DNA of 64,000 bases, taken from positions 92,183 through 156,182 of the forward strand of contig CAWIMB010000001.1 of NCBI GenBank assembly GCA_963837155.1. Direction: 5' to 3'. The position numbers and the translations under genes were made by a program. This DNA comes from an uncultured Actinomycetes bacterium (GTDB lineage Bacteria > Actinomycetota > Acidimicrobiia > IMCC26256 > PALSA-610). The notes beneath the pieces were generated by a model. The model did no database searches, was not told the DNA's origin, and saw only the letters and a list, made by a program, of their open reading frames with translations. The number at the start of each line of letters is the position of its first letter. The first letter of the stretch is position 1. This document shows, piece after piece, positions 21,110-30,692 of this stretch.

Positions 21110-21788
21110 TCAGGTCTCGTGTAACAGTGCCCGAACCGCGACACGCATCGCGTCGGCGAAGCGGGCGGCCGTAAGGGGGTCGTCAGGGTCATAGGGATCG
21201 TCGAGCGTCACGAGCGGTCCGAAACGGACGTGCCACGGACCCAACGCGGTGCCCAACGGACCGCCCGGCTTCACGACGGCGGGGATGATCCGCGCGTGCG
21301 TGAGCGCGGGCATCAGCGCGTGCGGCGGCGCGCCCGCTCCCGTACGAAGGAACGTGTGCGCGAGCGGCACGCCGACGAGATGGCCCGCTCGCAGCGCGAC
21401 TGAGATGTCGGGCTCGCTTGCCGCAATCGCGCCGAACCGGCGCACGAGCGCGCCGAGGAACGGCACCGCGGGCGCACCAATCACGCGCAAGCGGCGGCCG
21501 GTGGCGCGCTCGAACCGCGAGGCACAGCGCGGCCGGCTCGACGACACCGAAGCCGCGGTTCGCGACGATTGTGGCCGCGCCGTTGTCGGGCACATGTTCC
21601 CCACCGCTGACGCGTATCGGCAGCGCCAGCGACCACGCGGGTGTCACGAGGTCCGCGAGCTGCGGGTCGAGGCCGAAGGGGTCGATCGGGAACCGGCCGG
21701 CGAGGCGCCGCTTGAGCGCGGTTACCGGTGCTTCGGGTCGCGCGATGCGCTCGTCGTCGAGTCGATCCAGCTGCGTCACGATGCTCAT
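21110..21788 (-). CDS. Acyltransferase (1-acyl-glycerol-3-phosphate acyltransferase-like); apparent 1-nt frameshift near 21505
   Basis: MSIVTQLDRL...IVANRGFGVVEPAALCLAV lies in frame 21189..22220. It continues RATGRRLRVIGAPAVPFLGALVRRFGAIAA... in ORF 21110..21604. Length is 679 nt (3n+1). The family call is tentative. Confidence 0.5.
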
Positions 21789-21870
21789 GCCTTTCCGCTC
21801 CCGGCCCTGCGGGCCGGGCCGCTCGGGCCCCGCTCGCTGCTCCGCGGGATAACCGCTTCGCGACGCTCGC

Positions 21871-22842
21871 TCATGCCACCTGCTCCCGGCCGGTCGCGAT
21901 CGGCACGACGTCGGCCCATTCGAACAGCTCGCGCAACACCTCTTGGGTCGACGCCAGGTTCGCAAGGTGCAGTACTTCGCGCGCGCGGCTGCCGTCGCCG
22001 GTACAGCCGCGACGAAGCAACTCGACGACGTGCGGTGCGATTGCCGCGCCGGCGATCTCCGTGGCGCGCCCGACTCCACCCCACATGCGCGGCGGAACGG
22101 GAAGCGGGATGCGTCCACCGAGGCGCGCCGCTTGCCAAGGTGTGGCCGCGCCCGGGCCGACGACGTTGCACGGGCCGTCGACGCGATGCTCGATCGCGGC
22201 GACCATGGCTGCCGCGGCATCGTCGGGGTGGAGCAGCGAGAACGGCGGGTCGGCGAGCGCGCTCACCGGCACGACCGGAAGTCGCAACAGCCGTCCGAGC
22301 GGGCTGGGCACGTGCGAACCCAGGACCGGCGCGTAGCGCAGCGCGCAGACGCGCACGTTGGAATGGAGCGCCACGCCCTTTGCGATTCCTTCGACCTGCA
22401 ACAACGATCGGCCGTACGGCGTGACCGGCACCGGCACGACATCCTCGTCAGGCACCGAGACGCGAGCCGTACGCGGTCCGTAGACCTCCAGACCGCTCCG
22501 GAGCACGACGTACTCGAGCTTGCCCGCGCGCGCGGCCGCGCTGAGCGTTGCGATTGTGGAGAGCTCGGTGCGTTCGTCCGCGGACGCGGGCGTCATGCGC
22601 GACGCCGGTTCGTACACGCCGAAGTGGGCGACGATCGTAGGCGCGTAGTCCTGCACGAATGCTGCGAGACGATCGCGGTCGCGCGGATCGATCCGGCGGA
22701 ACTCGGTGCGGCGCAACCGCCGGCGCGGGGGCACGAAGTCGACGCCCATGACGTCGTCGGCCCATGAACGCTGTTCGATCAACTGCGCAACACGCGTTCC
22801 CAGCTCGCCGCCCATTCCGGTGATCAAGACGCGTTGACTCAT
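21871..22842 (-). CDS. NAD-dependent epimerase/dehydratase family protein
   Basis: ORF 21871..22842 has an N-terminal GxxGxxG (ITGMGGELG). ATGA overlap with the lysS stop. Confidence 0.75.
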   Translation of the reverse strand: MSQRVLITGMGGELGTRVAQLIEQRSWADDVMGVDFVPPRRRLRRTEFRRIDPRDRDRLAAFVQDYAPTIVAHFGVYEPASRMTPASADERTELSTIATLSAAARAGKLEYVVLRSGLEVYGPRTARVSVPDEDVVPVPVTPYGRSLLQVEGIAKGVALHSNVRVCALRYAPVLGSHVPSPLGRLLRLPVVPVSALADPPFSLLHPDDAAAAMVAAIEHRVDGPCNVVGPGAATPWQAARLGGRIPLPVPPRMWGGVGRATEIAGAAIAPHVVELLRRGCTGDGSRAREVLHLANLASTQEVLRELFEWADVVPIATGREQVA

Positions 22843-24332
22843 GAGTGTCCAGCCTCGGGCCGCAGATGCGGGAACATGATGACTTCACGGATCGACGTGA
22901 CGCCGGCGAGCAGCATGACGAGCCGGTCGATGCCGAGCCCCATGCCGCCCGTCGGTGGCAAGCCGTATTCCAACGCGCGCACGTAGTCGGCATCGACTCC
23001 GTGTGCCTCGACGTCGCCGAGCTGCTTGAGTGTTGCCTGCGCCTCGAAGCGGCGCAGCTGCTCGACGGGATCGTTCAATTCGCTGAACGCATTCGCGAGC
23101 TCGCGTCCGCGGATGATCAGCTCGAAGCGCTCGGTCATCGTCGGGTCCTCGCGGTGCGTGCGCGCGAGAGGTGAGACCTCACGCGGGTAATCGCACACGA
23201 ACGTGGGCCCGGCGATGTTTGCCTCCGTGGTCTTCTCGTAGATCTCCAACACCAGCTTCCCCGAACGCCAATTGTGTTCCCACGGTACGCCGAGTTGATC
23301 GCAAACCTGGCGCAGCTCCTCGACCGACTGTGAGGGATGCACCTCGACGCCCGCGTGCTCCCGCACCAAGTCGATGAGCGTACGCCGCTCGAACGGCGGT
23401 GTGAGATCGACGGTCTCGCCATCCCACTCGACACGCGTCGAGCCGGTCGCAGCCTCGGCGGCCGCGGCCACCAGTTCCTCAGTGAGCCGCATCATGTCGT
23501 AATAGTCCGCAAAGGCTGCGTACAGCTCCAACATGGTGAACTCGGGATTGTGGCGCGTGGACAGCCCTTCGTTGCGGAACACGCGGGCGATCTCGAACAC
23601 TCGGTCGTAGCCGCCGACAATCAAGCGCTTCAAGTACAACTCGGGCGCGACACGAAGGTAGAGGTCCGCGTCCAGCGCGTTGTGATGCGTCACGAACGGC
23701 CGGGCGGTCGCGCCGCCAGGAATTGGATGCAGAACCGGTGTCTCGACTTCCTCGAACCCGCGTGCGCGTAACGACGCCCGGATGGAGGCGATCGTTGCGA
23801 ACCGGACGGCGAAGACCTTTCGCGCCTCGTCGTTCGCGATGAGATCGACATACCGCTGCCGGTAGCGCGTGTCGGTGTCGGTCAAGCCGTGCCACTTCTC
23901 GGGCAGCGGACGCAGCGACTTGGCGAGCACCTGAAACTCGGCGACCTTCACCGAGAGCTCGCCCCGCTTGGTTTTCATCACCGTGCCGGACACGCCGACC
24001 CAATCGCCCCGGTCGATTTCGGCGAGGAAACGATCGAACTCTGCGTCGCCGAGGTCGCTCTTGCTCACGAAGAACTGAAGGTCGCCGGTCCCGTCACGCA
24101 CGTTGGCGAAGACGAGCTTGCCTTGCTTGCGCGGTAGCAACACCCGTCCGGCGACGCGCACGACGTCGTCGGTCGACGCGCCCACGTCGACCTTCTCGTC
24201 CCAGTGTTCGTGTACCTCGGCGAAGGTGTGCGTGCGATCGAAGCGCGCCGGATAGGGTTCCTCGCCGCGCGCACGCATGGCCTCTACCTTGGCGAGCCGC
24301 GCCCCGAACTCGTCACCGGCCTCAGACGTCAC
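22839..24332 (-). CDS. lysS: Lysine--tRNA ligase (class II)
   Basis: ORF 22839..24452 has an OB anticodon domain, class II motifs (FRNEGLSTRHNPEFTMLE; GGMGLGIDRLVMLL). GTG 24332 overlaps the coaX stop (GTGA). Confidence 0.95.
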   Translation of the reverse strand: MTSEAGDEFGARLAKVEAMRARGEEPYPARFDRTHTFAEVHEHWDEKVDVGASTDDVVRVAGRVLLPRKQGKLVFANVRDGTGDLQFFVSKSDLGDAEFDRFLAEIDRGDWVGVSGTVMKTKRGELSVKVAEFQVLAKSLRPLPEKWHGLTDTDTRYRQRYVDLIANDEARKVFAVRFATIASIRASLRARGFEEVETPVLHPIPGGATARPFVTHHNALDADLYLRVAPELYLKRLIVGGYDRVFEIARVFRNEGLSTRHNPEFTMLELYAAFADYYDMMRLTEELVAAAAEAATGSTRVEWDGETVDLTPPFERRTLIDLVREHAGVEVHPSQSVEELRQVCDQLGVPWEHNWRSGKLVLEIYEKTTEANIAGPTFVCDYPREVSPLARTHREDPTMTERFELIIRGRELANAFSELNDPVEQLRRFEAQATLKQLGDVEAHGVDADYVRALEYGLPPTGGMGLGIDRLVMLLAGVTSIREVIMFPHLRPEAGHS

Positions 24333-25093
24333 GCATTCCTCTCGAAGATGATCCGCAAACCGTAGAGCGTGAGCCAGGGCTCGTAGTGCTGCACTGTGCG
24401 TGAGTGCGGAATGATCGGCTCCGCGAGACCGCCGGTCGCAATGACCTCGCACGGTCCGAGCTCGGCGACGAAGCGGTCGACGAGACCGTCGACCTGCGCG
24501 CTGAACCCATAGATCATCCCCGACTGGATCGACTCCGCCGACGACTTGCCGATCACGTGCTTCGGCTCGGTGAGCTCGACACGCCGCAGCCCGGCCGCCC
24601 GGCCGAACAGGGCGTCCATCGAGATCTCGACGCCCGGGAAGAGCGCGCCGCCGAGATACTCCCCCTTGTCGCTGACCGCTTCGATCGTGGTCGCGGTGCC
24701 GAAGTCCACGACGATCGACGGGCCGCCGAAGAGGTCGTACGCGCCTACCGCGTTCGCGATACGGTCCGCGCCGACCTCCTTCGGGTTGTCGTACAGGATC
24801 GGCATGCCGGTACGCACACCGGGCTCCAGCACGAGCGCCGGAAACCCGAAGTAACGGTCGGTCATCGTGCGCAACTCGGCGGTGACGCGCGGCACGCCCG
24901 ACGAGATCGCAACGCCTGTGATCGACGCGTCGAACGAGAAGCCGTGAAAGCCGAGGAACTGCTGCACCATCAGCGCGAGCTCGTCGGATGTGCGATCGGC
25001 GACGGTCGCGATGCGCCAGTGGTCGACAAGGTCGGCGTCGCGGAACAGCCCGACGACGGTCTGGGTGTTCCCGGCGTCTATTGCGAGAAGCAC
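24329..25093 (-). CDS. coaX: Type III pantothenate kinase
   Basis: ORF 24329..25270: VLLAIDAGNTQTVVGLF...VVDFGTATT...ATGGLA. The start is GTG 25093. Confidence 0.9.
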   Translation of the reverse strand: MLLAIDAGNTQTVVGLFRDADLVDHWRIATVADRTSDELALMVQQFLGFHGFSFDASITGVAISSGVPRVTAELRTMTDRYFGFPALVLEPGVRTGMPILYDNPKEVGADRIANAVGAYDLFGGPSIVVDFGTATTIEAVSDKGEYLGGALFPGVEISMDALFGRAAGLRRVELTEPKHVIGKSSAESIQSGMIYGFSAQVDGLVDRFVAELGPCEVIATGGLAEPIIPHSRTVQHYEPWLTLYGLRIIFERNA

Positions 25094-25097
25094 GTGA

Positions 25098-25937
25098 TCA
25101 CAAAATGTCGAGGGTGACGTCGAGGATTCGGACCGAGTGAGTGATCGCGCCGATCGAGATGAAGTCGGCACCCGCCTCGGCGTAGGCGCCAACCGTGTCG
25201 AGGGTGACGCCCCCGGACACTTCGATCTTCGCTTTGCCGTCGACGATCGTGACCGCGTTCCGCACCTCATCCGGCGTCATGTTGTCGAGCAGGATGCGGT
25301 CAACGGCGGCGTCGCGCGCCTCGGCAACCTGCTCCGGCGTCTCGCACTCGACCTCGATCGTGCGCCCCGGCCACCGAGCCCGTGCTCGTTCGACCGCGCG
25401 GGTCAGACCGAGCACCGCGAGGTGGTTGTCCTTGATCAGCACCGCGTCCGACAGGGAGTCGCGATGATTGAAGCCGCCGCCGGCACGCACTGCCGCCTTC
25501 TGGGCGGCGCGCATCGTCGGGACGGTCTTGCGAGTGTCGAGGATGCGCGCCTTGCCGCGTGCCGCGCGCACGTACCGCCGCGTCAGCGAGGCGACGCCGG
25601 AGCAATGCGACACGAAGTTGAGGGCCGTGCGCTCGCCCGCGAGGATCGCCCGCAACGAGCCGGAGATTTGGGCGAGCTCCATCCCCGCTTCGACCGACTC
25701 GCCGTCACGCACCGTCCATTTCACGTTGACGTGCGCGTCGAGCTGACGGTACGTCTCGGTGGCGAGCGCGGTGCCCGCGAGCACACCTTCTTCGCGACTC
25801 AAGATCGCCGCGACCGCTGTTTGGTCCTCGCCGATGCACGCGATCGACGTGATGTCGCCCAACAGGCCGAGGTCCTCGGCGAGCGCGTCGTCGACGAGCC
25901 GGCGAACCACATTACGCGGGGGGTCGAATGTCGTCAT
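25098..25937 (-). CDS. nadC: Nicotinate-nucleotide diphosphorylase (carboxylating)
   Basis: ORF 25098..26492, with the real start at ATG 25937 (MTTFDPP). Contains DTRKT...VLIKDNH...IEVECE...ILLDNM...EVSGG. Confidence 0.9.
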   Translation of the reverse strand: MTTFDPPRNVVRRLVDDALAEDLGLLGDITSIACIGEDQTAVAAILSREEGVLAGTALATETYRQLDAHVNVKWTVRDGESVEAGMELAQISGSLRAILAGERTALNFVSHCSGVASLTRRYVRAARGKARILDTRKTVPTMRAAQKAAVRAGGGFNHRDSLSDAVLIKDNHLAVLGLTRAVERARARWPGRTIEVECETPEQVAEARDAAVDRILLDNMTPDEVRNAVTIVDGKAKIEVSGGVTLDTVGAYAEAGADFISIGAITHSVRILDVTLDIL

Positions 25938-27560
25938 GATGGCTCTCCTACCGCAACAGCGCCGAGCGCGACGAACGCCGGGATGAGGCCGGCGCGGAGC
26001 ACGAAGCGGCCGCGGAACTTGTCGGAACTCCGGGGGTAGTCGCGGCGTGTATGTGCGCCGCGTGATTCGAGACGAGCAATTGCTGATGACACGATCGCGC
26101 GCGACACACGCAGCAGGTTGCACACCTCGTAGGTCGCGATCGTGCGGGGTGGGAGGCTCTCGGCAAGTCCCCACAGATCGGCAAGCGTCTGCGACGCGAG
26201 ACGGAGCCCGTCGGCGTCGCGTACGACTGCGCAGTCGGTGGACATCACGCGCTGCACCGAAGAGCGCAGTTCCGCAGGATCGGTCACCCGCTCGCGCGCC
26301 GACTTCGGGAGCACGAGCGGATCGGGTTCCGGCTCGGCATCGAGGTCGACATCGATGACACCGGCCATCGCGCCGGTGGGCGCGGGCTCGGCCTTGCCCG
26401 CCATGATCGCCAGCACGACGCGCCGTCCGAAGACGAGCCCGTCGAGCAGTGAGTTCGACGCGAGGCGATTCGCGCCGTGCACACCGCTGCACGCGGTCTC
26501 ACCGCACGCCCACAGATGCGGCAGCGTGGTCGCGCCGTCGAGGTCGGTCACGACCCCGCCAGACATGTAGTGCGCGGCAGGAGCAACGGGGAGCCAATCA
26601 TTCTCGGGGTCGAGACCAACGTCCTGGCACGCCGCCCAGATCGTCGGGAAGTGGTGCTCGAAGTCGTCGATCATCGTGGCGTCGAGCCACATGTGATCCA
26701 TATCGGTCAGCTGCATCCGCTCATGAATCGCCCGGGCGACCACGTCGCGTGGCGCGAGATCGGCGAGCGGATGGAGATCGGCCATGAAGGCGACGCCATC
26801 GTCGTCGCGGAGCACCGCGCCTTCGCCCCGCAAGGCCTCCGACAGCAGTGGCCGGGGCATCGATGCGTGGTGAAGCGCCGTCGGATGGAACTGGACGAAC
26901 TCGAGATCCGCGCAGGCGACTCCCGCCTTCAGGGCGAGCGCGACACCATCGCCGGTCGACAGCGTCGGGTTGGTCGTGACCGCGAAGCATTGGCCGGCGC
27001 CTCCGGTCGCGAGCACGACGTCGATCGCGCGCACGAACTCGACCTCTCCGTCGGCCCGGAGCGCAAGCACGCCCGCGCACCGGCCCCGCTCCACCAGCAA
27101 CTCGATCGCGAACCAGCCCTCGCGCACCTCGATGTCGAGCGCGGCGCACGGCCGCGACGAGGGCCCGTTCGATCTCGGCGCCGGTCGCGTCGCCTCCCGC
27201 GTGCACGACGCGTGCGAGCGAGTGGCCACCCTCGCGGGCGAGGAGGAGCTCGGCCTCTTCGGTATCGAAGCGAGCGCCGAGGGCGGCGAGCTCGCGTACG
27301 CGGTCCGGGCCCTCGGTCACCAGGACGCGCACGGCCTCGACGTCGCACAGTCCGGCGCCCGCGGTGAGCGTGTCGGCGAGATGCAACTCGGGCGTGTCGG
27401 GCTCGGCGAGCGCGGCTGCGACACCGCCCTGCGCGTAGCGCGTGGCGGAGTGCGAGAGCTCACCTTTGGTCAACACGAGCACCGACAGGCCTCGACGGGC
27501 CGCGTGGAGCGCGGTCGTCAACCCCGCGACGCCGCTCCCTAACACGAGGACGTCGAACAC
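25934..27560 (-). CDS. nadB: L-aspartate oxidase; apparent 1-nt frameshift near 27148
   Basis: The N-terminus is in ORF 26721..27602 (FDVLVLGSGVAGLTTAL...YAQGGVAAAL...HAGGDATGAEIERALVAAV). It continues in ORF 25934..27229 (AALDIEVREGW...LATGGAGQ...RGEGA...HYMSGGV). Length is 1627 nt (3n+1). GTG 27560 is the chosen start. Confidence 0.9.
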
Positions 27561-27565
27561 GAGTG

Positions 27566-27982
27566 TCAGCCTAGGTGGCGGGAAGGATGGTCGCGCATCC
27601 AAACGAGGTTCGAGCCCTTGCGCTCGACGGCCTCGCGCTCGCTGATCGGCTGGTTGGCCTCGTCGACGTGCACGATGAGCGGCGCGTAGCCGGCGAGCTC
27701 GGCTTCGCTGTACGAGCCATACGTGATCACGATCACGCGATCTCCCGGTTCGACGAGGCGCGCGGCCGCCCCGTTCAGGATGACGTCACCCGGACCGCCT
27801 TCCATCGCGTACGTCTCGAAGCGCGCGCCATTGTCGATGTCGAGCACGGCGACCTGCTCGAATTCTTGAATATCGGCGAGCGCCATCAGGTGAGGATCGA
27901 GCGTGATCGAGCCCACGTAGTCGACATCCGCACCGGTGATCGTGGCGCGGTGAATCTTCGACTTCATCATGGTGCGGTACAT
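27566..27982 (-). CDS. panD: Aspartate 1-decarboxylase
   Basis: ORF 27566..28066: MYRTMMKSKIHRATITGADVDYVGSITLD (autoprocessing G-S site). Confidence 0.95.
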   Translation of the reverse strand: MYRTMMKSKIHRATITGADVDYVGSITLDPHLMALADIQEFEQVAVLDIDNGARFETYAMEGGPGDVILNGAAARLVEPGDRVIVITYGSYSEAELAGYAPLIVHVDEANQPISEREAVERKGSNLVWMRDHPSRHLG

Positions 27983-28869
27983 GCTCGGCTCCCAAGATCG
28001 GCTGATGCCTTCGCGCCCCGCACAGAGAGCATCACGTTGTCGATGAGACGGGTCTCCCCAACACACGCGGCCAGCGCGAGCAGCACGTCGCCCTCGATCG
28101 GCCCCGAGAGCGGCGTCAGATCGTGCGCGTCGCGCAGTTCGAGGTATTCGACGTCGACGCTCGGTTCGGTGGCCAGGACGCGCGCGGCGACGGCAACCGT
28201 GGCATGCGCGTCACGTTCGCCGGTGAGCACCGCATCGGCTGCTGCTTCGAGCGCGCGCGAAAGGACGAGGGCCGCCTGGCGTTGCTCGGGCGACAGGTAC
28301 GCGTTGCGGCTCGACATCGCGAGGCCGTCGGGCTCGCGCACGAGGGAACAACCGACGACGTCCACCGGCAAGTTCAGGTCGGCCGCCATGCGGGTGATCA
28401 CCGCGAGTTGCTGCGCATCCTTCCGGCCGAAGTACGCGGTGCACGGTCCCGTGATCGCGAACAGCTTGCTGACGACCGTTGTGACGCCGTCGAAGTGCGT
28501 CGGCCGCGCGGCACCGCAGAGCCCTTCCGTCAGGCGCTCGACATGCACCGTGGTGAGCGGCGCGCCCCGGGGATACATCTCTTCCACGGACGGCGCGAAC
28601 ACCACGTCGGCGCACTCGGCTTCGCACCGGGTGAGATCACCCGAGAGGTCGCGCGGGTAACGGTCGAGATCCTCGTTTTCGCCGAACTGGAGGGGGTTCA
28701 CAAAAATCGTCACGACCACGAGATCCGTCGCGGCCCGGGCGGCCCGGATCAGCGAGCAGTGCCCGTCGTGGAGGTAGCCCATCGTCGGCACGAGCCCCAC
28801 CCGGCCGCCTTCGGCCCGGGCGCGGTCGCACGCGGTTCGCAACTCCGCGATCGTCTCGACGTACAGCAT
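27967..28869 (-). CDS. panC: Pantoate--beta-alanine ligase
   Basis: ORF 27967..28869: VPTMGYLHDGHCSLI...VVTIFVNPLQF...YFGRKDAQQL. Confidence 0.95.
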   Translation of the reverse strand: MLYVETIAELRTACDRARAEGGRVGLVPTMGYLHDGHCSLIRAARAATDLVVVTIFVNPLQFGENEDLDRYPRDLSGDLTRCEAECADVVFAPSVEEMYPRGAPLTTVHVERLTEGLCGAARPTHFDGVTTVVSKLFAITGPCTAYFGRKDAQQLAVITRMAADLNLPVDVVGCSLVREPDGLAMSSRNAYLSPEQRQAALVLSRALEAAADAVLTGERDAHATVAVAARVLATEPSVDVEYLELRDAHDLTPLSGPIEGDVLLALAACVGETRLIDNVMLSVRGAKASADLGSRACTAP

Positions 28870-28990
28870 GTTCGGCCTCGCTCGGTTCCGGCCTCGGTGG
28901 GTCCGGACTGGCGGGTCTGACGTCGGTCATCGTACCCAACTTGCGTGGCGAAATCGCCTCTCAGCCGAGTTCGCCACGCATGTTCGAGGG

Positions 28991-29848
28991 TCAGGTCGCT
29001 TCGTCGGGACGGGAGCCGGACTTCAGGTCATCGAGCAGGCGGTCGAGCCCCGTGTCCCGCCGGCCAGTGAGCCGCGCCGCCTCCCGCGCCAAGGCGCGGT
29101 ACGCGTCGCGTTCCGCCGGGTCGAGCTCGCGCAGATGCTGCTCGACGGTCGCGAGGTCGCCGCGTTGCACTGGCCCGGTCAGTGCACGGGACGGGCCGAG
29201 CGAGAACGCGTTCTGCACCGATGCCAGCACCAGTGGGGCGAACGCTTCGAACGGCACGCCGCAGCTGACGGCGAGCCGCTCGACCTGGCCGAGTAACGCG
29301 ACCAGATGGTTGGAGGCGACCACGCCCGCGGTGTGGTAGCGGATGCGGTCGGAATCGCCGAGCTCGAACGTTCGGAGTCCGAGCAGATGTGCGATCTCGG
29401 TGACCTCCGGATCACCGGCGACCGCCGCCCACGCGCCCTGCAGTCGCTCGAGGCCGACGGTCGACGACGGGAACGACTGCAGCGGGTGCAGTGCTCCGAC
29501 GCGCACACCCGTGCGCTTCTCGAGCAGCGCATCGAAGACCTCGAGCCCGCGTGAACCCGCGAGGTGAATCACCAACGCGCCGGGGTCGATTGACGGTCCG
29601 GCGGTTATCACCGCTTGCTCGATCGCGCGGTCGGGTGTCGCGACAACGACCATCTCGGCGCCGCGTGCCACTTCGGAAACGAGCGCGGGTCGCGACGCGA
29701 GGCACGCGGCCGCGGCCGACGTCGACGCGGCGTCGGGTGCCCGGCCTGCGACCGCAACGACCGTCCAGCCCTGCTCCATCAAGCCAAGGCAGATCGTCGT
29801 TCCGGCGCGGCCGGGCCCGATCAACGCAACGGTTCTGACCCCTTCCAC
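28991..29848 (-). CDS. Rossmann-like / DUF2520-type oxidoreductase-like protein
   Basis: ORF 28991..29959 has an N-terminal dinucleotide fold (VALIGPGRAGT). It sits in the fol/pan cluster position typical of this family. The GTG 29848 start is a guess. Confidence 0.6.
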   Translation of the reverse strand: MEGVRTVALIGPGRAGTTICLGLMEQGWTVVAVAGRAPDAASTSAAAACLASRPALVSEVARGAEMVVVATPDRAIEQAVITAGPSIDPGALVIHLAGSRGLEVFDALLEKRTGVRVGALHPLQSFPSSTVGLERLQGAWAAVAGDPEVTEIAHLLGLRTFELGDSDRIRYHTAGVVASNHLVALLGQVERLAVSCGVPFEAFAPLVLASVQNAFSLGPSRALTGPVQRGDLATVEQHLRELDPAERDAYRALAREAARLTGRRDTGLDRLLDDLKSGSRPDEAT

Positions 29849-30312
29849 CAAGAACGCAATTGTACCGCCGCTTCGCGCACCCCTTTCCACGACGCGTCGG
29901 CGTCCACCAGATCGGGTGCAACGTCGCGCAATGGGGCAAGCACGAACCCCCGTTCCCACATGCGCGGGTGCGGCAGGATGAGTCTTGGATCGTCGAGGAC
30001 GAGGTCGTCGTAAATCAGTACGTCGACGTCCAGGGTGCGCGGTCCGAAGCGCTCGGCACGCACGCGCCGTGCGTCGCGTTCCAGTTGTTGCGCGAGATCG
30101 AGGAGCGCGTACGGATCGAGCTCGGTATCGACCGCGACGACCGCGTTCAGATACAGATCCTGAGGAGGGCCACCGACCGGCGCGGTCTCGTAGACGCGCG
30201 ACAGCGCGTCGACGCGCATGCCCGGGACGCCGGCGAGACCGTCGACGCCTGCCTGCAAGTACGCGAGACGATCGCCGAGGTTCGACCCGAGCGCAAGGTA
30301 GGCGCGGGTCAC
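29821..30312 (-). CDS. folK: 2-amino-4-hydroxy-6-hydroxymethyldihydropteridine diphosphokinase
   Basis: ORF 29821..30492: AYLALGSNLGDR...YETAPVGGPPQDLYLNAV...RFGPRTLDVDVL...LPHPRMWERGFVLAPL. GTG 30312 overlaps the folB stop. Confidence 0.9.
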   Translation of the reverse strand: MTRAYLALGSNLGDRLAYLQAGVDGLAGVPGMRVDALSRVYETAPVGGPPQDLYLNAVVAVDTELDPYALLDLAQQLERDARRVRAERFGPRTLDVDVLIYDDLVLDDPRLILPHPRMWERGFVLAPLRDVAPDLVDADASWKGVREAAVQLRSWWKGSEPLR

Positions 30313-30659
30313 CGTTCGATACGCACGCCGACGTGCCGGAGCATCGAACGGACGGGCGGGTGCACCTTCCGCACTTCGACGACGACGTTCTTCACTCGGG
30401 GGTCGGATCGGCACACTTCGGCGATGCGCGCCGCGAGCCGCTCGAGCAGCCGGTACCGCTCGGATGAGATCACCCGGCTCACCGCTTCGCACACCGCGCC
30501 GTAGTCAACGGTGTCGTCGAGATCGTCGCTGTCGCCCGCGGGCACGAGGTCGACAAGCAGCTCGATATCGACTTCGAACGGCTGTGGTCGGGTCTGCTCC
30601 TCGGGCAACACACCGTGCACACCGAGCTCGCGAATGCCCGCGATGAGGATGCGATCCAC
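30309..30659 (-). CDS. folB: Dihydroneopterin aldolase
   Basis: ORF 30309..30659: IRELGVHGVLPEEQTRPQPFEVDIEL...DDTVDYGAV. Confidence 0.9.
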   Translation of the reverse strand: MDRILIAGIRELGVHGVLPEEQTRPQPFEVDIELLVDLVPAGDSDDLDDTVDYGAVCEAVSRVISSERYRLLERLAARIAEVCRSDPRVKNVVVEVRKVHPPVRSMLRHVGVRIER

Positions 30660-30692
30660 GTTCCGACGCTAGTCCCGTGCTAACCACGTGTG

